From NCBI GenBank assembly GCA_964187785.1, contig OZ076412.1, positions 47,554,001 to 47,618,000 on the forward strand: a DNA stretch of 64,000 nt, written 5' to 3'. This stretch comes from Amphiscolops sp. MND2022. Lineage: Eukaryota. A program made the translations under genes and the position numbers. The notes under the pieces were generated by a model that was not told where the DNA came from, did not search any database, and saw nothing but the letters and a program-made list of their open reading frames with translations. This document shows positions 26,485 to 36,948 of this stretch, piece by piece. Numbering within the stretch: the first letter of the stretch is position 1; every line of letters begins with the position of its first letter.

Positions 26485-27312
26485 ATGTCTCTTCAATTCA
26501 AGATAGAAGAATATCCAAGATCCCTAGTCAGCTCAGCCTACGCTTCCTCTGATGAAGACATGGACATAGACTCAGTGACTTCGATCCAATATCAGTGGGA
26601 CAGGGAATCGGGTGATGATGACATTCAAGTACTGGCCTGTTATCACGAGAATCCACCGTTCCCCCCGCAACTTGTAGCAGGAAGGACAATGACGACCAGC
26701 CTGGCCCAATGTCTTGATGACTTGAGCTTGCCGTCAACCCATTGTAATGATACCATTGACACTTTCACCGAACCCTCAGGTGAGCTGGTCAATTGGCCGA
26801 TAGGGCACCCACCTGCAACTTATGACCATCAACCAATTGAATACCATCCAATCGCAGACTGTGGTCAACTCAACCCAGTAGTCGAGTCATCCGCTCCACC
26901 CCCTTTGATTGACCAAATGCCATCCTATCTGTACGAAAACCAGTACCAACCTGGGCACTACAACGACCAGTGGGCACGTAATACTCACATCACCGACCTA
27001 GCTATTTCAACTAGCGGTTCCTGTGGACAACCCAACGATGTGTACCACTCTGGCTGTATCGTCTGAGGCAAGTCTTTCCCAGAAATCACTGAAGAAATTA
27101 CGCTGGGATACCTAGAAGGCAATCACGTCACGGGCGAAACGTACGACCAACGGATGGAGAGGAGACGAGCGTTTCAAGCTGGTATGAAGGCAGGTTCCTT
27201 CATTTTAGTCCCCCGGGGAGTGTCGCAGGCTGCCGCCTGTGACGGCACATACTACCAGGTCACTCCAACTAATGACCAAAGCAACCCCGGACCAGGAGTC
27301 TTACCTATATAA
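26485..27312 (+). CDS. Element 1 third ORF (about 275 codons, one internal TGA) running through the PPT into the 3' LTR
   Basis: ORF 26485-27066 continues in frame after TGA 27064-27066 as GKSFPEITEE...RRRAFQAGMKAGSFILVPRGVSQAAACDG...LPI, ending at TAA 27310-27312. Confidence 0.55.
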
Positions 27313-28792
27313 AACACTCTCAAACTTTTAGAGCCTCAAAACAGTCAACTGACATTTACTTGTATTGATAAACTGATACAATATTAATTGCAAGCAATAT
27401 CTAATGTTTTACTAATTTGACCAGTAGTCATGTAGACCGTATGAAATGTTCATTGTATTTATTTGACGTCTTTCATGGTGCAAAAGGAAACACATTCTGC
27501 TATGAAAGCGTTGCAGTCTAATTGACGTGTTGTCCACCATGATCACCTACGGCGCTAATAATGATTTTAGTACACTCATGCAGTCATTGTGACGCATTCT
27601 CGTATTTTAACTTTATGTAACTAGCAGTGCTAATTAAGCTATTTGGTGCCGTCACTTTGACGTTAGGTCAACATGTTCTTTCATGCTGTTTGATTTCCAT
27701 TTGATATGGATATTTTGACGCAATGTAGCATCGCGTACATGAATTCACTAGTGATAGTTCGTAAACCATTTAAACTATTTCAATTCTAATTTTAGTGCAT
27801 TACGTAATGTGACGCAATGTATGATTTGTAGCTATTTATAGCGAATATGATGTCATGTAAAAATTTAGGTCTTTGACATTCCAAATAATGTGTGTCATGG
27901 TCCGAATACTATATATACTCGGATGCATTTGTGGATGTAATCATTGTTGATATTGCGAACGCTATTAAAACTGACAATTTGATACACTTTACCATTAGTC
28001 AATTCATTGTTGAAAATAAAACGATTTTCTTCACTATGCCTTCAACTAGAAGGCAGAAAGCTAAAGAAAAGCGAGCAAGGCAATCAGACGTAATGTCAGA
28101 TTTTGAAAACCTTGATGTTATGCTTGGGAGCTATTCTAGAGATGCTCTAGTAGAGCTAAGTAATGTTAGTGATGTAGAAAGGGACTTTGAGTCTAGTAGA
28201 CGCCAGCAAAATACTGATCTAATTGAAGGGAACCTCAGGTCACTTTTAAATGCTAATGAAAGCGAGAACAGTGAAATCACTGCAGAAACTATGAGGGTGA
28301 TTAATTCAGAAATTTCCTCCCAAATGTCTAGAAAAATAGATGAAATTAGATCTGACTTAAATTTGCAAATATTGGATGCTATTAACTCAGCAATTCAAGA
28401 AAAGGTGCTTCCTTCCATTGAAAATTCGCTAAAACCAGTTAAAACAGCTTCAAATGCAAAATGGGACCTTCGGTCAGATGGACCGCAGTCGAGCAGGGTG
28501 AATAGGCCAGACCAGCAATATGACCTGAAGTCAGGGGGACTGCACAAAAGCAAGAAAGCTCAAAGGAGCAAATACATTGACCTTAGGTCAGATGGACTGC
28601 ATCTGGACAGATTCGGCCAGGATGCTCAGGAATATGACCCTCGGTCAGATGGACTGCACCAAAGCGAAATTACGCAATCTAACCTAGAAACACGTGAAAA
28701 TCGCTCTAAAATGAGTTTTAAAGAAAGTAACCGTACCAATCATCTCAGAGAGAGTTCAATAGACTCTATTGAGAGTGAAGATGGTTACGACA
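27221..28792 (+). repeat. Element 1 3' LTR (1572 bp) containing the gag N-terminal ORF (27892-28803)
   Basis: Direct repeat of the 5' LTR, preceded by TTAGTCCCCCGGGGAG. The ORF ends just beyond the LTR at a flanking TAG. Confidence 0.97.
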
Positions 28793-30884
28793 GCCGCCAA
28801 TAGAAACAAAGTTGAAGCATTTGAATCCTTTCCGACATGACTCCGAAGAGCCATCGGGTGACCATAAGCGAAAAATTGTGTTTCATTTTAGCTGAAATCC
28901 ACAAAACGAAGTGTGAAATCCACTAAAAATTTTGAGGTACATGTATATTCAACATAAGAACGGAACTTGAAAACTTTTGATTTTTATTACATTTTTGTCG
29001 GGCACTGACTTTTAATGGCCCGTGTAGCATCGAAGAACTAGGGAAATTAAATTAATAGATTTCTTGCTCTGTAATATCAAACGCTTTTCGTATCTCATGA
29101 AACATCCTTCAGACTTTTTGCGCCGTTTTTAGCTTTAGTTAAATGCTTTATTATCATTAGTGATTTTATTTCATTTGGAATCTTTACCTCAACAAGGTTT
29201 AAAGATTTTGTGGAAATGCATGATTTAAAAAATCCAGCTCAAAGAAAATTTAAGTGCTACAAAATCTAGCTTTTCATAATTCTCCGATTTGAAGCATGTA
29301 ACGTTGTTTATTTCCAATAGCAAGACTTTAGGCGTGCCTCCTCTTTTTGCAGATCTCCAATTTTTTTTGGTGTCTGGAAATTCAAAAGCATGCCATAATT
29401 CCATTAGTTACTTACCATTCAAATGCCTACAACTGGATTTTATCCAAGTTTTCTCTCATTTTAAAGTGGTGTAAAGAAACAATTGATCCGAGAAAGCGAG
29501 AAATGGTTTATTCAGATGAAGTTCGTCTCGCGGCTAAAAGTAGAAATCCTTTGAGAATGTTTTCAATTATTCACAAACAACATGAGACACTGGCATAGCA
29601 ATCGATTGAGAAATTCAATAACTACCATTCGCTATCATAAAAAGCCGCTGCTCATTTCGAGTGATGTCTTTCACATCGAACACCTTTTACAGCGGAAATG
29701 TTGGCCTTTGTACTCCTAATTAAACTCCTTGACGCAGTTTAAAAATTGTAACTAAACCGGTTGATCGGAATTCCGTGTTACGGTTTGCTGAATTTATTTT
29801 AAATTTCATTTTCAAGAAACCTCATTAAAGTGAGAGATGAAAACTGCTTCAGTGAGGCGGAATCTTTTACTCACTGCCAATTTTCCAGAATCTCAAACTC
29901 AGTGCCAAAATTCAGTGGTATCCTTCAATGATGGGAAGCGACCCCTTGTGAGTTTACCGATATCTGGAAAAGATAAAATGCGATTCCCGATCTATTGTCG
30001 CTACGGCACGCAGTTACTTGAATGATGTTAAGGGTTTCCGGTCAATTAATAATCTAATCATCTTAAAAATTTTACCGATTGACCGATTAAACGTGTCTAC
30101 TATTAGAACGATTAAAAGCTCTACTCCTATTATTACTTCCCGCAAAAATGTGAAGTTAGGAATTCGAAAGAAAAATTGTTAGTCGAATCAAGCTCATAGC
30201 TAATTTTCGAGATGAATAAACAAACTTGAACGACAGTTTAGTATTTTGTGGTTTCAAAACCATTTTTGAATTATTTGTTACAAATTTTCTCTTACGGCAT
30301 GCTGACTTGATTTTCACGATAGTTTTTTTTCGGATTTCTACTGTTCGAAAATTTAGGTTAGTAAAGTGTAAAAGAATTACTTTACTAAAAGTATTACTAG
30401 TAAAAGTATTACTTTCCGCCGCCTCAAATTTATTTGTGTATGGGGGAGGAAAGTCATAATTTGTGTTGCGTTTTTTTCTTCCAAATTTTGCCAATTCTCC
30501 ATCTTACTCCACTTTTCTTTTAATATCCTGGTGCTTACAAAAAGAGCTGCCATTTGTCTCAGCGCGCTTAAGCGTCTATTGTTAGCCCATTGAAGTCGGA
30601 AAATACCCATATAAAAAGTCTCATTAAACAATGAATAAGCTTAGCTATAGACTGAAGAAACGATTGAAACCAGGTCCGTTCCCGTTCAATAATTGTTATG
30701 TGTTTTGAACCAACATGCGTAGAATTGCGCTATTTTGTACAATAATATCAAAATTTGGGGCAAGAAACAAGAAGTGTCAAAACAACTATAGAGACAATCC
30801 TATAAATAATTGAAAACCATGTAGGATTCTTTCATCTGTGAAAAAATTTGTTCAGGAGTAAAATGAGTTTTCGTATTGGGGGTA

Positions 30885-32184
30885 CCCAGGTTGTCTGTCA
30901 TGGCTCGTTCATGAAAAATCATCTATGATCATGAATTTTTTGACGCATTATTTCTACTTTCATGGAAAATCATGGATGGCCCATGGAAGGGCATGACCCC
31001 ATGGATCATCGTCCATGATTTTGACCCATAATTCATCCATGATGAGCCATGTTGGAAATTTTGTTCAAAGTCGAAAAAATTCGCTTACTGTGACAGTTTT
31101 TGTCTTTTCTTCTGTCTCTTGTTTCTTAGGGTTACCTTAATTGCCCGGGTAGCATTAGGTACGCTTTTCGGCACCACGTATCCAGAAGCTGCAGGGAAAT
31201 GTAGGATTTTTCGGGATATTAGCAACGAATTTCAGGATTTCAAGATGGAAAAAGCGTTCATTTTAGATAATGGGATTGGAAAAATCTCAGGACGGGTATA
31301 TGTATATACATTATAAATTCGATTATTGTTTCTACACAACATCCAAAAACAGCGTATCCTGAAGCCGCGAGATATCTAAGGTTTTCGTTAGCATTACGTG
31401 AGCTTTTGATGGTTTTGGGGATAGTTTTCAATGGAATTGCGGAAAAACGTGTCTTTTCAGATCAATTTTAGAGAAAATGTAGAATTATTTTAGTTTGTAT
31501 CTAGATCAATGCCTCGACCTGAATTCTGCAATTATATGGTCTAAAAGCTAAGAATCGTAGTGTAGTTCTGTTAATTTCATTTCTTTTTGTTCGAGAAATC
31601 GTGTTACAAAACGCCTCTTTTGGATCAATTTTAGGGAAAATGCAGAATTATTCTAGTTTATATCCTGATCAATGCCTCGATTAACGTTTAAGCTCACTCA
31701 CTTGAAATGTTTTCTTTCATCTTTGCGGTACTTCTATATTCATTCACGTTTGAGTGTCTAGGATTCGTTTTTTTTAAGTTTTCCCATTTTTTGAGATGTT
31801 AGTTTTTTGGGACTCTCCGGAGGCCAACTTCTCGTCGTGAGTCCTGTCACGTGTGGTATATCTATAATATACCGCACTAGCGGAGAGCCTCCAACCCAGA
31901 ATAAGGACATTTTTCAATTACTGAACGCTTTGCTTTCAGTTGAACTGAATGTCCGACATTATGCTTCTAACTTCATATTGTTTCAGCTCAAGTAATGGGG
32001 AGTGGTCAAAAATAGGACCATATCCATCTTTTTTGAAAGCAGTTTTGGCTATCGGAACAGCCCGTTTCAAATTTTTTCAACCATGGCTTATGGATTTCCG
32101 TCCATGATTCATCCATGATTCATGGATTTCCATAAATTTCCATGGATGAATCATGGATGGCAGGCCATGGCGTGACAACCTGGG
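30885..32184. mobile_element. Non-autonomous TIR element (MITE) with TA target duplication
   Basis: TA|CCCAGGTTGTC...GACAACCTGGG|TA. Subterminal CCATGGA(T) repeats at both ends. Internal duplication of about 65 bp (about 31451 and 31613). Confidence 0.65.
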
Positions 32185-32897
32185 TAATCCAAAGCAAGAT
32201 GTACCTGGGGGGATAACAAACATGGTACTGTGTTTTAGAGGAATTCACTTCTGTGTTTATCGGAAACAAATTTAATGTGGAGAAATTCTGGTGTCAAAAA
32301 TGTAGCTTCTTGTAAATTCGAGACAAATTCCATCAATAATTTCAGGAAGGATTTTTGAAGGATGTTGATAAGAAACCATTCAACAAATTTTTCAGAATCT
32401 TCACACACTTTTCATTGGCAGCAATGTTTGTCAACGTCAACTTGTGCAATGTGACGAAGGTAATTACGTTTCACAATTTCCATCACTTAGGTGCTTGGCC
32501 ATAGATGACAAGCTCTAAATCTTGTTCCAACGATGGCGATGAGTGGAGAGGTAGAACTTCATTTTGTATGTTAACTGATTGGCAGCATTAGCAAAGTTAA
32601 GAGACAAGGTTATTCCCCCAGCCCCATACCTAATTTTTAGTCAGCGCTTTGTTAAATTATAGTGACTTTTCGTCTAGTTTTTTTCAATCTGGTTGAGTTT
32701 TTCATGCCGAATATCAAAATCCAAAATTCTACAAAAAATTTAAAACTTGGCAAATTAGTCGGAAGGGTCCCCCATTCCTGGTTTCACATACTTATGCGGA
32801 ATAAAGAGTTTTTTCGAGACCTAATTGGTTATTTTTGAAACTGTGACATTTCCTGGGAAAAATTTCAACTCTTCAAAAGGGCTATTATTTTTGGATA

Positions 32898-34378
32898 TGT
32901 CGCGTTATGACTAACGCTTTAACAAACATAATTAGGTGCTAAAGTGCAGTTTATATTTAATTAACAAATAAAGAAACAAACATGAACTAGAACTAACGTT
33001 TGTTTATGGGGGAGAAAGTTGTAGATGAAGATGGCGGCCATAAGGCGGCGGCCATAACGATGGTAATAATGATGATGAAGTACTGTGACGAGAAAGGAAT
33101 TGCACAAGTGAAGAATTCTATATTATACCGCGTATATTTGAAATATGAAACCAACTATGATTGGTGAAAGATAAGCCATGCCTGCTACGCAGCGCACGAT
33201 AAGAAATGCTTGGCTGTATATATACGGCCAACGCAGGCGAGGAGATTGAGACACTTATTGAAACGGACAGAGCTTAAACTTAAAAGCTCTCGTTTCTCTT
33301 CACTTCTCTTCCACTTCTCTCCCCTCACCCCTGCTCTTCTTTCTTACTTTACCCCCTTTCCTCTCCCTTTACTATTATCTTCCCCTTCAGACTTAGAAGG
33401 TCTATTTCTCGCCTTCACATTTCAATTCAGATTTCTATTTAACTCAACAAAACTTCTTGCTTTATAACTCAGATCCAATGATTCTCTTTTAATCCTACCC
33501 TTGCATCTTAGAATATTTCTCCACTCATCCTTGATTTAACTTCAACTTCCAGAACCAATCTTCCCTTACAAGAAATTTCTAACTTAGAAATTTCTCTTCA
33601 ATCTCGTCTCCGGTTTGGTGAGTCTGACTATTTAGACCTTTCAGTAGAGATTTCACTCTCTCTGAAACTTCAACTTTAGCTATTTTCCGCTGATTTCAAT
33701 TCTGCGGTTGACAAAACTTTAACTTTGGTTATTTTCATTAGAACTAAATAGTTCTATAAGGTTGACGTTACATAAACTCACATAAGAAAAGGGATGATTG
33801 AAATTTTAAAGTGCTATATTATGAAAAAGTCTTAATGCTATTCAACTTTCTACTGAATAGAGACATCTAAATCAAAACTCTTCCGTTTAAAATAGTACGG
33901 ATTTGTAAATTTTGTTTGAGAAAAAGATTTCCGAAGAAAAAGGGAAATTCTCATTATTTGTAAATAGTTTCATTTTCTTAAATGATAAATTGTAAAAGTT
34001 ATATTACTTCTTCTTGTAAAATGAAGTTGTAATCTTTATTAATCTGAGATTTGTAACAATTGCAAGAGATATGGCCATGTCCAGAAATTGTCCACTTTCA
34101 ATATTCTCAACTCATTCGTAATTAAACATATTTATTCACCATACATTTTCAGTAAACAGGAAGCTCATTTACAACCACTGCCTTGCACGACTCACGCAAT
34201 TTCTTTTGTCCGCACGTAAGCGCAAGGCACCCCTTTATCAGTAAGTTGCAAATTTATTTGTTGGGACTTATACTTGTTAAATCAATAACAGAACCGTCGC
34301 GAGATAGTACCTTGTAAAATGCAAACAAGGACTTGACAGATTAAAACTAATAAACAAATTTCACCCATGCGTGCGACA
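32898..34378 (+). repeat. Element 2 5' LTR
   Basis: TATATATA 33217-33224, pyrimidine-rich tract downstream, donor-like G|GTGAGT at 33618, AATAAA 34349-34354. Confidence 0.97.
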
Positions 34379-34381
34379 AAC

Positions 34382-34398
34382 TGGTGCGACCAGTGAGG
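34382..34398 (+). promoter_or_regulatory. Putative primer-binding site of element 2
   Basis: TGGTGCGACCAGTGAGG lies 3 nt after the LTR end. The tRNA is not identified. Confidence 0.75.
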
Positions 34399-35415
34399 CA
34401 ACTTTTTCTCTTGTAATAGAGAAGTAAATGAGCTATCTGTTAGAATCCCTACTCTCAGAAGTAAGGGTTACTTACTTATTTCTCTTAACATTACTTCTAA
34501 TTTTCTTCTTTCTCCTACTGCCTCAATATGTGGCTTCTCTAATCTATATAAATCGTAAAACTGCTAGTAAATACTCTAACAGAATCTCTCCAGCCTAACA
34601 GCTTTGGGAAGAGTTTATGCACTACTCTCTTTCTTTCAATCCCCAAAACCATTTGTTAGAAATGATTTACCTTTACGAAAATACTATGAGATTACCATCA
34701 GTCCTAAACAAGAATGAAACTGACTCTATACGCTTTATTTAAAGGCACAGTTGGGAAATTAACTCTAGTCCGGACGGACACAAATTAAGTAAAAGCCCGC
34801 CTAGGTCTCCTCGGAGGCTGTTTGAAGGCCGTGAGCCCAGTGGGTATCTTGGAACCTATGTAGCATTCCGAGTGGGAAACCTAGTATTCTAGTGATAGTA
34901 CCCAAGTGATTGCATGATAGTGATCTGGGCCCCACGCACTTAATCCTAAAGACGAGAGTAACTCCCTCTGTGAACTAGCCGTAGTTATTTTCCTAAAGTT
35001 AAAGAAAGGCTCAACGAGCGGATGAAAGACCTAGTGGACTGACTGTACTCTTCATAGGTTTTCTTTGGGTTAACTCGGAGGATTGGTATACCCCGAACTA
35101 CCCTTTTTACGATAATCTCAACACTACTGGGATTTGTAAGTATCCCCTAAACTGTGGAATCAGAGTACGAAATATAGGAAATGAGCCTAACTTCGACCGA
35201 GAAGTGCTATTTTCATTTTTGCTAGCAGCGTATTAAGGATTTTATGATTTGTCAGACCTGTCTAATAATTATCACTATTAGAATCATAGTACAAACAATT
35301 TTTACTTTAACTCTTTGCTGTTATTCTCAAAAGCCAAGAGTATCATACCTCATAGAGTCTTTGGCTTATTGTTCTTTGCTTCATCTTCTATCCCTTATAA
35401 TCTCAATAGCTCACA

Positions 35416-36870
35416 ATGGCTGCGCAAAATTACTTGGCTTATCCAGACCTCGGCAGAGACCAATTCACAGGAACAGACCCAGATCAAGATCCTGAACAAT
35501 TTATACAGCTAATTGAAAAGAAGTTCCGTTTCTCTCATGGTGATACCCCAGCAAACGGAGCAGCACTTGACGACTACAACTTCAGGAGAAAATCCTACTT
35601 TGCTACACTACTAAGAGGACCAGCAGCGGAGTGGTTCGAGACAAGTATCACAGACGCTAACACCTGGCAAGAAATCAGAGAAAGGTTCATCACAAGATTC
35701 GCAGATGGCCGAAATAAATTCAGACACAGAATGGAAGCAGAACATGTCACCAGAAGAGATGGAGAAGAGATAAAGAATTTTCTACACAGAATCAAAATTG
35801 TTGTGGGGAAAGGCTGGCCAGATGATCTTGCCGGCGTCGCACAAAACGACAGAAACGCAGAAAGAGCAGCACAAGACCGACAAAGAAGACAAAGGTGCAT
35901 CGACTACTCACTGAGAGGCCTAAGACCTCCAAAACTGAGAGAAAAGGCACACGAATATTTAATGGATCACCCGAATGCAACCTGGGAACAATTCTCCCAA
36001 GCTGTAATAAACAAAGACCTCTCCTACACGGTAACTACCGCCCTAACTGGCGGAGAATCACATTCAGACCCACTCATACAAGAAATGCGAGACGACCTGA
36101 AGGGAATCAAACTACAAATCAAAGAACAGATGAATAACACAATCAACGCAGTAGAGAAAACTGTAGACCCTAATGCTACAGGTCGAAGAATGGCCACACG
36201 ATTCTGTGGCTACTGCCGAACAAATGGGCACACACCTAACTGGTGCAGAAAGAAGATGAGAGATGAAGAAGTGAAGAAGGTTCAAAACGAAGCTAACCCA
36301 GAAAGAAGAATAACATTCACCAACGACTACAACAAAAGAACTGGACCTGAACATGGCTCTAGATTTCAACCAAGATTACCAGATTCAGAAATCAGAAAAC
36401 ATATGGCTGTGGCACATCAACTAGCACTGGCTGGAGCTATGCAGTCAAACCCTGCCTGGAATCAATACGATAGACCACAAAGAAAAAATTTCAACCCAGA
36501 ACGCCGACCTACGAATACAAGAGTCAATCCTGGTAACCAAAGATTTTCACAAGAAGGGAGAAGACCCTTCCTAAACAATTCTAACAACTCCAGAAGTGTT
36601 TCCCCTGGACCCCAAAGAGCAAGATCTCCGTTCAACTTCAACAGAGACCAGTCTAGCTCCTTTAATCGCAACATACAACCTCTTCCACCAAGAAATAACT
36701 CAGGTTTTCAAAGACCACTAGACAGAAACGAAAGACCCAACACTCCAACTCAATCTTACGAGCAAAGATTCCCAAAAACTAATGACATAGGAAGATCCAA
36801 CACAGTACAGTTCTTAGAAACCGACTACTCGGTGAACTCTATTGCCGATTTCCGCCCTTTAAACTACTAA
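35416..36870 (+). CDS. gag: Element 2 Gag (484 aa)
   Basis: Retrotransposon-gag motif LLRGPAAEWF...WQEIRERFITRF, zinc knuckle CGYCRTNGHTPNWC, and a basic N/R/P-rich C-terminus. Confidence 0.92.
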   Translation: MAAQNYLAYPDLGRDQFTGTDPDQDPEQFIQLIEKKFRFSHGDTPANGAALDDYNFRRKSYFATLLRGPAAEWFETSITDANTWQEIRERFITRFADGRNKFRHRMEAEHVTRRDGEEIKNFLHRIKIVVGKGWPDDLAGVAQNDRNAERAAQDRQRRQRCIDYSLRGLRPPKLREKAHEYLMDHPNATWEQFSQAVINKDLSYTVTTALTGGESHSDPLIQEMRDDLKGIKLQIKEQMNNTINAVEKTVDPNATGRRMATRFCGYCRTNGHTPNWCRKKMRDEEVKKVQNEANPERRITFTNDYNKRTGPEHGSRFQPRLPDSEIRKHMAVAHQLALAGAMQSNPAWNQYDRPQRKNFNPERRPTNTRVNPGNQRFSQEGRRPFLNNSNNSRSVSPGPQRARSPFNFNRDQSSSFNRNIQPLPPRNNSGFQRPLDRNERPNTPTQSYEQRFPKTNDIGRSNTVQFLETDYSVNSIADFRPLNY

Positions 36871-36948
36871 GGTCTCCGAAAAATAGAAATAGCAGCAGTG
36901 CCCCTCTAAAATTTAGTCTTAATCTTTATTATTTTGCTGCCGGAGACC
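36858..36948 (+). promoter_or_regulatory. -1 frameshift signal: T_TTA_AAC, 6-nt spacer and stem-loop
   Basis: Heptamer 36858-36864. GGTCTCCG 36871-36878 pairs with CGGAGACC 36941-36948, and inner GCAGCA 36892-36897 pairs with TGCTGC 36935-36940. The -1 frame is open through the protease LLDTGATSS (36981-37007) into ORF 37113. Confidence 0.88.

Larger units (their letters stand above)
15273..28792 (+). mobile_element. Ty3/Gypsy LTR retrotransposon (element 1), full length 13.5 kb, pol decayed
   Basis: Two direct repeats with TGTCG...CGACA termini. 5-bp TSD GCCGC at 15268-15272 and 28793-28797. Domain order PR-RT-RNase H-IN. Confidence 0.97.

Noticed and set aside
33210-33467. 85-aa ORF present in both element 2 LTRs (also 49426-49683)
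   Set aside because: Starts at TTG across the TATA box and is a translation of the pyrimidine-rich tract; identity between copies is explained by LTR duplication.
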